Assembly: GCF_018977255.1 (NCBI RefSeq)
Contig: NW_024704742.1
Location: forward strand, 53,074,001 to 53,138,000
Origin: Callorhinchus milii
Lineage: Eukaryota
Direction of reading: 5' to 3'
DNA length: 64,000 nt
A program made the translations under genes and the position numbers. Positions 1 to 9,882 of the stretch are shown here, piece after piece (position 1 is the stretch's first letter; each line of letters starts with the position of its first letter). A model generated the notes under the pieces. The model was not told the DNA's origin and did not search any database. It was given only the letters and a program-made list of their open reading frames with translations.

Positions 1-350
1 ATTTGTGGAACATAACTATGTGCAAACTGGCTGACAAATTCACCTACAAAATAGTCAGTAAACTTTACAGAAAATGTTATAAAGCACTTTGCCACATTTT
101 AATATATGGCAGGGCATCAAATACAAGTATTACTACTATTATTTTAGGTCAGGCTATATTGCAGAAATAAAGCTACTAATGGCATCAGATTAGCTCAACT
201 AACTAACATTACTGTTGCCAAATCACTGTAAGCATGAGCTGAATACTTAAAACAAATAGCAGGAGAGATGTAATGCTTGTAGCTATAGAGTCTAAGAGTT
301 AATCTGATTTAAGTACTCATTTGGCATTCTGGCAGTAGTTTACTTCCTAC

Positions 351-444
351 CTCATACAAAGAGAACACTCAAAATCCGATGCATCTATTAGATTTTCAGG
401 GATAGATCGATCAGAAGTTGATAAATGTAGATATTGTTCAGCAT
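351..444 (-). CDS. LONRF1: LONRF1 coding exon 6 (start of second RING); gene continues beyond the window
   Basis: 94 bp with tttttattcag acceptor and GAG|GTAGGA donor. Reads (D)AEQYLHLSTSDRSIPENLIDASDFECSLCM(R); DFECSLCMR is typical of LONRF RING2. Confidence 0.95.
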
Positions 445-1231
445 CTGAATAAAAACAAATACATTTTCCAAATTTTTAATTAGAAAAATAATAGCATGTT
501 AGAAGTAAGCAGAGAAAATATTCTAAATGCATTATATATTACATAGAATGATACTGCATGGAAACACGCCATTCAGCCCAACTAGGTTGTACTGGAGTTT
601 ATATGCCACCCATGCTAATCCCCTATAAAATCCCAAGAGATATTCAGATAAAGCAGGAAGATTTTTGGATATTTGACCCCACCCTTCGACAAAGGAATTG
701 GTTCACTCTTGCTTGTCTCATAAGATTGTCTTGTGTTCATGTAAACAGGACAATAACCAGAGGCATTGAAAAAGCTGAACCTGTTCACACAATAATATAG
801 CAAGACATTAATGTTTCTGAGAATAATGTTCTTAACAACACGAACCACATGAAAATCTTGAGCTAAAAAGGATTTCTCAATGCAGTGATGCAAAGCATTG
901 AACCATTTAAATTATGATGGAAAGGCAGAATTCAGGAACAAATCATTTAATATACATTTGACATCCGTTTTTATGGGCAAAACTTTTTTAAAAAGTTTTT
1001 ATACCCTCTGGAACTCCATTCTTGGAATCCCTCCATGTCCTCCCTCCTTCAAGATCTTCCTCTCTGACTGAACGTTTGGCCATCCTATCACCATGACTGC
1101 CTTCAACCTTCTCGATTCCAACCCCCAGCTCGGGTGCAAACCCTTAACTATCCAGAGCCTTGTAATTTGTTGTTGTTGACACTAGACTTGGACAGAATAG
1201 CTGAAGTTGAATAATTTTTACAGTAACTAAC

Positions 1232-1499
1232 CTGGTTTTTTATGTTTACTCCTTCCATCTTCAATCCCCAAATATTCTTGTTCAGTGGAAGACAGTTTCC
1301 TTTTCAATAGAGCTCCCTTGTCTTGACTTGAAAGCAGGGGAGCTGAAGAAACTCGTTTCAAGCCAGCGGGGCCAACGAGCTTCTCCACTCTGTGTAGGAT
1401 CTGGACTGAATGGGCTCTTCTCAGGTACATGGATTCTGTGGACTCTGATTCTTCTATAGGTTTTGGCACATCCGACACTGCTGATTCATGGCACAATTT
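1232..1499 (-). CDS. LONRF1: LONRF1 coding exon 5
   Basis: 268 bp reading KLCHES...LRRAHS...LKRVSSAPLLSSQDKGALLKRKLS...EDGRSKHKKP, which matches the LONRF1 linker motifs. Phase-1 donor CAG|GTTAGT. The acceptor is less certain. Confidence 0.9.
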
Positions 1500-2013
1500 C
1501 TTTAAAACACAAGTGAAGGAATGTTGAATTTCTTCTTATTATTATTATTATTATATATGATTACCCAGGACAGTTAGAAATAACACAAGATCCTAAGTAT
1601 TGCAGCTATATACTGATCCAGAAAGACTATATGGTAGTACAGTAAAATAAAGGTTAGACTTGGCTCTAAATGGACACTTAAACTAATAGAAACAATAGCT
1701 CAGCTGAGTAAGAACCCCTTTGAACAAAGATCTTTAATAAACACTGGCTATTAGTAAATGTAATTTGCAGAAGCAAGGTGACCTGTCTCAAATTGCAGCT
1801 AAATTAAAAAAAGTCCTACCTGTTTATGTTAACCGGGGGTGGGGGGATTTGAACAAATATTGTCGACGTAAGCGGGAATAACACAATATATGCAGTGCTG
1901 TTAGGGACTTTTAAAAATTGAAATTTGTTTCGTCGATATACGTAGATAAGTGGTTGGCAATATAATCTAAAATGCAAAATTGTGTCTCTTCAGGGAATGT
2001 CAACAGCTCTTAC

Positions 2014-2181
2014 CTCATTACTTTTCATCTCAGCTGAACTAGATGTTTGACTACAGGCCACATTGGTAGACAAATTAACCGGTAACATTTTACTTTGAAG
2101 GTGTTGTGGCGATATCCACAATGATTCCTCGAGTCCTTCTTTCACATTCTCAGGAACAGGTGATAGCAAATCTTGTAAAAT
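2014..2181 (-). CDS. LONRF1: LONRF1 coding exon 4
   Basis: 168 bp with tag acceptor and GAG|GTAAGA donor. Reads ILQDLLSPVPENVKEGLEESLW...EMKSNE, open and in phase with its neighbours. Confidence 0.9.
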
Positions 2182-2571
2182 CTAGATATAGAAATAAAAC
2201 AGGGATATTCTAGAAGAATAATAACTGAAAAATTGTGCTCTGATTTGAAAAACTTGTATCAAGGGAGAATTTCACGATTAATATAGCTTTTAAAAAAGTT
2301 TCATTATTGGAAACATTTCACAAAAAATATTTTTGATTACAAATAAATGAATTAGAGAACTATACTGATAACCAGTTCATTGTAGTGACAGCTTGTTTTC
2401 AAAATTCTATGGAAAAATGATTCACATTTCAGATTCTTAAAATTACTAATAAAACATTGGTTTCAATGATCCACAAATATCATTAAATCTACGATTGAGA
2501 TTTACTCTGCTAACATGAGCATTTAAATCAATAAATGATCGACTGCTTAGAAAAGTATACCTTAACGGTTC

Positions 2572-2776
2572 GAGAAATTCCACCCAAGTCTTGATTTACT
2601 CGTTAGCATATAGCCACAAGACTCCTTTGACGCTCATTGTTTGTGGGAGTGTCTGCCCTCTACATGACACCTTTCCCACAGGTTGAAAACCAGTTTCAAA
2701 TTTAAGGCCGTATTAAAAGTTCCAAAAATTCTAAAATGCCACGTCAGAGTAAATCTCAACCCAGGTGGAATTTCCC
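2572..2776. mobile_element. MITE-like element with ~30-bp imperfect terminal inverted repeats
   Basis: Left end GAGAAATTCCACCCAAGTCTTGATTTACTC versus reverse complement of right end GGGAAATTCCACCTGGGTTGAGATTTACTC. Confidence 0.6.
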
Positions 2777-2970
2777 CACGGTAAATTAAGATCAAATTAG
2801 AACCATTGTGTAACACATGCCAAACAGAGGCAATAAACGGTTTCACATACATATTCACCTTGCAATAATAAACTCAAGAGCTTTAATCTCAGCTTCAATA
2901 AGCATTACACTTCACTAAGCATAATTACAATCAAAATAGACACCCCATAGTTGAACTAACAAAAAATTAC

Positions 2971-3093
2971 CTTTCGCATTTCTATTTTTGCTGCAGTAAA
3001 ATCTTCATCCAAGGCCAAACACTGAAGAAATGATTGTAAGGCTTCATCTGCCTGACCAATAGTTATCAACACTTTTCCTTTTCTGAAGTGTCC
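2971..3093 (-). CDS. LONRF1: LONRF1 coding exon 3 (TPR)
   Basis: 123 bp, AG/GT bounded, phase 0-0. Reads GHFRKGKVLITIGQADEALQSFLQCLALDEDFTAAKIEMRK, with FRKGKVL and FLQCLALDEDF as in LONRF1. Confidence 0.95.
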
Positions 3094-3791
3094 CTAAGAA
3101 AGTTAAGAAAACTTTAAATAAATTACTGCAGACAAATTTAGTTAGAACACTACTTCATGACTTGTAAGAACCACGATTTGGTTATCATTGTTATTTCTGA
3201 GCCAAGTGGGTGCACAGTACTCCAAGGCACTGCTGGTGACAGACCAACCATACTGGCTTGTCCACAGAACTTGGGAGTGGAAGACTGATGGAATTCCTCC
3301 CACTCGTCTCCTGTTATCCCTGCATATCAAAGCTCTAATGGGTAAGGTGATCCCAGCTGGACACGTAGCAGAAAACTTGCTTGACAAATGCACTCAATGA
3401 CAAACTATGCAATTTTAGCAGGTTAAACCTGCAGTACCCCAATGCATTCTGCGGTCCCCAAATCTTGGTTCTTGCCAAATTGTGCAAATACTCTCCAGAT
3501 TTAGGTAAGCCGGGTCTGTCCCTCCAAGAGATGCATATTCAATTCCAGACACAGGGAAATTTCCACATGTAGGTGCCATGCATATATGGAACTCTCACCT
3601 TAGTTTGGATACTCTTAACCATGCTGATGGTTGAGCGTATCTGGCTTGTTAAACAAAACCTCACTTCTGCTTCTTCTTTATATACATGGTTTCATATTAG
3701 TCATGTAGTAGGGATCTAATGATTTCCAACTATTCTTAACTTGTCCATTGCAGCAGGAGGGGTGTTATGTAAAATATAAAACATATCATAC

Positions 3792-3910
3792 CTCTGGCCA
3801 GTTGGGCATTCTTGAACACACCACTTCTATATCTTCAATTGCTTCTTTGAACCGTTGAAGACCAGCATATGATTGAGCCCTGTAGCCTCGAAGTGTAATA
3901 TCAGTGGGTT
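3792..3910 (-). CDS. LONRF1: LONRF1 coding exon 2 (TPR)
   Basis: 119 bp with tttctttag acceptor and GAG|GTATGA donor. Reads (E)PTDITLRGYRAQSYAGLQRFKEAIEDIEVVCSRMPNWPE, matching the recalled LONRF1 EPTD...RAESYAGLQ...WPE. Confidence 0.95.
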
Positions 3911-5629
3911 CTAAAGAAATATAAAAAAAAGTAAGAATATCCAGCATAGTAATTGGCAATTTGTGGCACTTATTTCATAATCCTAAATATATGTATACTT
4001 AAATGAGATTCCAGTCTAAATCACCCAGTAGTACAACAACTTGGAATACCAATAAGTTGCATCAGGTTTAAGTAGCTCCAATGTAAAAACTAACGTACAG
4101 AATTGTGGTTTGCCATGTTGATACATTTAAGACCCAACTATGAATAAAACTTGCAATTATCCTTACATCTGTCATCACTATTGCGTTTGTTGGGTGTATC
4201 CAAATTTGTAAACAGGCAAACGAGGACCTGCGCCCTAATTTTCCTTTCAAAGTCCTGATGGTGAAAGTTATATGAAGATACATTTTTAGTGATTTAATTA
4301 ATAATACAAAGATTTAACAGGAAACTTTTTCAGTAGGTGCATGGCAAAATTTAAAATTGAATTTTCTCTGCACCATAAACCTTTAATTAATGCAATTTAT
4401 TTGAGCTGCAAATAGCCACGGCTTTATATAATCAAAGAACTGTTGAGAATACGAATTACATGACCCTAATACTAAGCACTACTTACAAAGATTTTGAAAA
4501 ATTTAACCTGAACACATCACAAACATAAGTACTTAATACCTGCAGTATTTAGTATCTAAAGTTGTATTAGTATTCAAATCTACAAGAAATCTTTATAGCC
4601 TGCATCATATTAGTAACTACAATTTTATAGACATGTATATGTGTGCAAACAATGGGTAATCTATCCAGTTTGCCTTTGTTGTTGAAATTTTGGTTTGACA
4701 ATTTTACTATATATTCTGTGAAGCATTCTGAGACATTTCAATGATGTGATATATCAAATTCAAGGATTATTATTATTATAAATAACTACACTCAACTCCT
4801 CTCAATTCAAGAGAAAAAAAGTCAAGACAGCCAGTGTGGTGTAAGAAAATGCTGCAATGTCAAATGTGTAAACCTTTGGATGAGATGTTAAATTGAGGGG
4901 GTAGATTGGAGAAGGAGAAAGGTAAATGGGAAGTGCTAAAAACGCTAAAATGGCTCTAACATGTCATCAACGCCCCAACAGACAGGTGGTCCTACAGCAG
5001 AAAGCTTTCCAAATAGTGATTTCAATGGCAAGTTATACGGCTTTAGCGAGTTAAGCACCAGCAGTACCCTAACAGACACTGGCGTTTCCAAGCCTTGGCT
5101 TTTTACCAACCTGCACCTTATTCCGTATTCCATCCCACACGGGAATTTCCATGTGTAGGTGACAAACTTTGTCTGGTTTCAATACGCTTTAAGAATGCTG
5201 AGATTTCCGTGTGCGTCAACAAGTGTTTGCCTACAAAATACACAGGCACTACACTACACTTCACCGTATGATAAAGTATTATTTGGGTTGGTTTGAGCCA
5301 GAACCCATTGCGATAGACAATAAATAACCCCAACGCCTTTTATTTCTTTGGGGAAAAAAGTTTTTCTTCCTAAAACAAAAAGCAAAAATAAAACTCTTGT
5401 AAAATAAACCGAGAGGAGAGACGGGGTACTTAACCGCACTGCCTCAGCGGCCTGGCCTGCCCTGCCCTGCCTGCCCTGCCTGCCAGCCCTCTGCCTGCCA
5501 GCCCTCTGCCTGTTATAAAACAGACTCCATTCGCTTCCCAATGACTTCACTGGATGTTACACAACCGTACAACACACGTAACACCCACAGCCTGTGTGTT
5601 ATACAACTCAGGGCACCGGGAGGTCAAAC

Positions 5630-6232
5630 TGGGGGGGAGCGAGGGCGGTGTGTGGGAGAGGGGGAGGAGAGCGAGGGGAGGGGGAGTGAGAGGGGAGGGG
5701 GAGTGAGAGGGGAGGGGGAGTGAGGAGTGGGGGGGGGAGTGAGGAGTGAGGGGGGGGGAGTGAGGAGTGAGGGGGGGGGAGTGAGGAGTGAGGGGGGGGA
5801 GTGAGGAGTGAGGGGGGAGTGAGGAGTGGGGGGGAGTGAGGAGTGGGGGGGGGGGAGTGAGGAGTGGGGGGGGGGAGTGAGGAGTGGGGGGGGGGAGTGA
5901 GGAGTGGGGGGGGGGAGTGAGGAGTGGGGGGGGAGTGAGGAGTGGGGGGGGGAGTGAGGAGTGGGGGGGGGGAGTGAGGAGTGAGGGGGGGGAGTGAGGA
6001 GTGAGGGGGGGGAGTGAGGAGTGAGGGGGGGAGTGAGGAGTGAGGGGGGGAGTGAGGAGTGGGGGGGGGGAGTGAGGAGTGAGGGGGGGGAGTGAGGAGT
6101 GAGGGGGGGAGTGAGGGGGGGAGTGAGGGGGGGAGTGAGGGGGGGAGTGAGGGGGGGGGAGTGAGGAGTGAGGGGGGAGTGAGGAGTGAGGGGGGGAGTG
6201 AGGAGTGAGGGGTGAGAGTGAGGAGTGAGGAG
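5630..6232. repeat. G-rich tandem repeat (GnAGTGAGGAGT), G-quadruplex prone
   Basis: Dozens of GAGTGAGGAGT(GA) units separated by G runs of variable length. Confidence 0.95.
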
Positions 6233-6276
6233 AGGTTCATGAAACCCCAAATGAAAGAAACCCTTTCCCCAGTAAA

Positions 6277-6408
6277 GCCCCTCCAGACCGCCCCCCCCAG
6301 ACCCCCCCCAGCCTCAGACCCCCCCCCTCAGACCCCCAGACCCCACCCCCAGACCCCCCCCCCCCCCCAGACCCCGGCCTCAGACCCCAGACCCCCCCCC
6401 CCCCCCCC
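6277..6408. repeat. C-rich repeat (CnCAGA / CCTCAGACn) next to the exon 1 donor
   Basis: Repeated CAGACCCC and CCTCAGACCCC units. Confidence 0.85.
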
Positions 6409-6420
6409 GGAGACACTGAC

Positions 6421-6889
6421 CCAACTCCATCTCCCGCTGCAGCAGCTCCAGCGCCTCCTGGCAGCGGCCCCCGGTGACCAGCTCCTCGGCCCTGGCCTTC
6501 GCCCGGCCCCGCCGGCCCTGCGCCGGCAGCCACTTGTCCATCACGCAGCACAGGATCACGTTGGACCGGAGGGGCCGCGCCTCGGGGCCCGGCGCCGGCT
6601 CCCCGCACAGGCGGCACGGCACGGCGGGCTGCAGCTGCAGGCAGCGCCGGCACCAGGTGTGGCCGCACGGCAGGGTGACCGGGTCGCTCAGGAGCTGCCG
6701 GCAGGCGGGGCAGCACAGCAGGGCCCGGCCTCCCCGGCTCGGGGGCCCCCGCTCGTCCCGGGGCCCGCACCCCGCTCTCGCTCTGACCCCGGGGCCGCCG
6801 CCGCCATCGCCCATTCGCCGCTTGAAGCTGAAGAGCAGACAGTCCACCAGCGTGTCCAGCTGCTCCGGCCGCAAGGGCTCACAGCTCAT
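6421..6889 (-). CDS. LONRF1: LONRF1 coding exon 1 (first RING finger and start of TPR region)
   Basis: Translates MSCEPLRPEQLDTLVDCLLF...CPACRQLLSDPVTLPCGHTWCRRC...CRLC...DKWLP, a C3HC4 RING resembling LONRF exon 1. Ends at a phase-1 donor G|GTCAGT at 6421/6420. The start ATG at 6889 is inferred from an in-frame upstream TGA at 6977-6979. Confidence 0.88.
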
Positions 6890-7025
6890 CAACAGGCCGC
6901 CCGGGAGCGGGATCTGCCCGGCGGGGCGGTGTGGGTGTGGGGGGGGCTGGGGGTGTGGGTGTGGGGGTGTCGCCGCTCAGCCTCAGTCTCCGCCCGAAGA
7001 CGGCACTGCGCCTCCGACTGTTACC

Positions 7026-7132
7026 GACTGACCCCCCGCGGGCCGCGGCCCGGCCCTTTAAAGACTCCCCCACGTGCTCACACAGCGCGATCTCATTGGC
7101 TGAGAGGCACGTTCGGGCCCCTGTTTTGTAAC
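7026..7132 (-). promoter_or_regulatory. Putative LONRF1 core and proximal promoter
   Basis: Minus strand: Inr-like TCAGTC (7031-7026) about 30 bp downstream of TTTAAAG (7062-7056), and CCAAT at 7095-7099. Also CACGTG at 7071-7076, plus-strand CACGTT at 7108-7113 and D-box-like GTTTTGTAAC at 7123-7132. Confidence 0.6.
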
Positions 7133-7202
7133 AGGTCTCAGTGAAGAGGGAAACAGTCACAACAATGTAATCAATACACCTCCCGGGGGGGGGGGGGGGG
7201 GG

Positions 7203-7579
7203 TGATCAGCACAGCGTGTGATCAATACAGTGTCTGATCAGCACAGTGTCTGATCAATACAGTGTGTGATCAGCACATGTGATCAATATAGTGTGTGATC
7301 AGCACATGTGATCAATATAGTGTGTGATCAACACGTGTGATCAATATAGTGTGTGATCAACACGTGTGATCAATATAGTGTGTGATCAGCACATGTGATC
7401 AATATAGTGTGTGATCAACACGTGTGATCAATATAGTGTGTGATCAACACGTGTGATCAATATAGTGTGTGATCAACACGTGTGATCAATATAGTGTGTG
7501 ATCAACACATGTGATCAATATAGTGTGTGATCAACACGTGTGATCAATATAGTGTGTGATCAACACATGTGATCAATAT
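7203..7579. repeat. 29-bp minisatellite (GTGTGATCAATATAGTGTGTGATCAACAC), about 11 regular units plus degenerate units
   Basis: CACRTG recurs every 29 bp at 7274, 7303, 7332, 7361, 7390, 7419, 7448, 7477, 7506, 7535 and 7564. Confidence 0.95.
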
Positions 7580-7808
7580 GATAATAATAATAATCCTTGC
7601 ATTTGATATAGCACCTTATCACGTTGATGAAACGTCTCAAATGCATCCCAGAATATAAAAGTGTAGTGACTGTATATTTTGTGGGCGAAACACAGCAACC
7701 AATAGCACACAGTGGTGTCCCACAAACAGTTGCGGATTTAATGACCAAATTATCACACTGTCAGTGTCACTGCGCTGACACACTCATTCGCTCACTCATT
7801 CATGATGA

Positions 7809-8522
7809 CAACAACAACAATAAGATTACATTTGTTTAGCGCCTTTCACGTCGGGAGGACGTCCCAAGGCGCTGGACAGTGTACAGCATTTCAGACCCGA
7901 GCTGGGGTTAGGGTGGGGGAGAAGGGAGGGGAGGGGAAGGGGGGTCTTGAGGCGGGACTTGAAGGAGGCTAAGGAGGGGGTGAGGCGGAGTGATTGGGGG
8001 ATGGAATTCCAGAGGTTGGGGGCAGAGTGTCTGAAGGCTCTCCCGCCAATGGTGGGGCGGATGGGTCGGGGGAGCAGGCCAGAGCCGGCTAAGCGGAGGG
8101 AGCGGGCGGGTTGGTAGGGGTTTAGGAGGTCGCAGAGGTAGGGTGGGGCGAGGCCATGGAGGGCTTTGTATGTGAGGACCAGGATCTTGAACTGGATCCT
8201 CTGAAGGATAGAGAGCCAGTGGAGTTGGGCGAGAGTGGGGAAGATGGGGTCACGGAGTTTGGTGCAGGAGAGGACACGGGTTGCAGAGTTCTGGATTATC
8301 TGCAGCCTGTGGAGGGAGGAGTTGGGAAGGCCGACAAGCAGGGCACTTGCATAGTTGTGCCTGGAGGTGATGAATACATGAACAAGAGTTTCAGCGGCCT
8401 GAGGGGTGAGGTAGTGGCAGAGTCGGGCGATGTTACGGAGGTGAGGGAAAGCGGTTCATGGCTTGGATGTGGAGGAGAAAAGACAGTTGAGGGTCGAATA
8501 AGACACCAAGTTTCCTGACTGG
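7809..8522 (-). mobile_element. L2 LINE 3' fragment
   Basis: RT C-terminal region, stem-loop 3' end and (GTT)n tail on the minus strand. Confidence 0.85.
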
Positions 8523-8699
8523 AATCTATGTTGATCAACAAATGTGATTTATATAGTGTGTGTGATTTACAAGTTTTTACACATGTGGCAAATTGGGAAT
8601 CCAGATGTGGCGAAACTGCATTTTTATTATTTTTGATTTCTAAATAAAAAACGAATAATACTGTTGGAATCTGGGCAATGAACAGAATAAAACCCACTT

Positions 8700-9390
8700 T
8701 TTCTATTCAGCCCACTTTTAATAAAGAACCCGAGAACAGAGGAACCAAAGATACTCAGGGTGGGGGGGAATGAAATATTAAATTAGAGTTTTCTCGAATT
8801 GAGTCAAAAGAAAATTGAGTATGTTGAAACAAGACCATGAGTAATTGCAGGCTCAGTACAGTGAATTAGAAAAGAAAGCGCAGGAAATGTCTATTGCGGA
8901 ACAAACTCCAAGAGGACTTTCACATTTAAACCAAGTGGCAGAGTTACAACATGTAGCATCCGGAGCTGACCCTGAGAAACATTTGAGATGTGTGCAGAGT
9001 GCATGTCAATTGTATGGGATCCGAGAAGAGAAGGATAGACTTGGGAGTTCTCCAAATGACGCTGCCATTAAACCTTCGGCACCAATTACCTGTCGGAGTA
9101 CGTTCTGGTGATTATAATTATAAAAAAACGGTTGGGGAATTACAAAAGCTTTGTAACCCAGGCACTAACTGCATTAATCTGGCTATACAGACAAAACAGG
9201 AACTTAATGAGCATCCCCAAAGTTTTGTAAAGATTTATTGATGTGTATGCCTCTGGGACACTCAACATGACACAGAGGCTGCTCATTTTAAGGGTTTGTT
9301 CTTAAATAATTTAAGTACACCTATCAAAGGCAAAATAGATATGATTGTTGCATCTGCTGATCCGTTAGAAGATGTAGTGCTGTCAGACTA
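8700..9390 (+). mobile_element. Degenerate gag/capsid-like fragment (LTR retroelement or ERV)
   Basis: Frameshifted reading gives a coiled-coil-like LQAQYSELEKKAQE, then DPEKHLRCVQSACQLYGI, an MHR-like TKQELNEHPQSF, and AHFKGLFLNNLSTPIK. No LTR or pol seen. Confidence 0.5.
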
Positions 9391-9495
9391 AAGCGAATGT
9401 TTGGCAGGCCACATTTGGTTATCACCGCTGCAAGCACTTTTTCTGAATGATGCTTTCTTGGTACAATGCAATTTCCTTTTATAATAATGAGTTGT

Positions 9496-9882
9496 GGAGT
9501 CCTGTAGCTCAGTGGTTAGAGTCCTCGCCTTGCAAGTGAGAGACCTAGATTTGATTTCCAGCTGGGCAAAACATTGGGCAAGTTTCCTTCCTCCACACGC
9601 CTCTGTTTACCTAGCAGTAAGTAGGAACCTGGTTGTTAGTTGATTGGCAAATCACTTTTCTGGGGGTAATAATCGATTAAAAAAGTAAAAAACATTTGGT
9701 CACTTCAATCCATGACTGTTTGTGGGACACTGCTGTGCGCAATTGGCTGCCGAGTTTTGCCCACAAAAATATACAGTCAATTCACTTTATAGTATATTCT
9801 GTGAAGCACTTTGAGATGTCTAGAAGACATGAAAAGTGGTATATCAAATGCAAAGATTATTATTATTATTATTATTATTATA
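9496..9882 (+). mobile_element. tRNA-Ala-like SINE, long variant
   Basis: A box TAGCTCAGTGG, TGC anticodon arm, central GCCTCTGTTTACCTAGCAGTAAGTAGGAACC segment, L2-like 3' end and (ATT)n tail. Confidence 0.9.

Larger units (their letters stand above)
6400..7135. promoter_or_regulatory. CpG island over LONRF1 promoter and exon 1
   Basis: Very GC- and CpG-rich stretch in an otherwise CpG-depleted, AT-rich window. Confidence 0.85.

Noticed and set aside
5608..6250. 208-210 aa Pro/Ser/His-rich ORFs
   Set aside because: Translations of a stop-free tandem repeat inside LONRF1 intron 1.
6212..7144. 310 aa and 185 aa plus-strand ORFs
   Set aside because: Antisense shadows of the GC-rich exon 1 and CpG island, with no recognisable domain.
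7203..7579. CRISPR-like appearance of the palindromic 29-bp repeat
   Set aside because: Head-to-tail units with no unique spacers, no cas genes and a vertebrate context.
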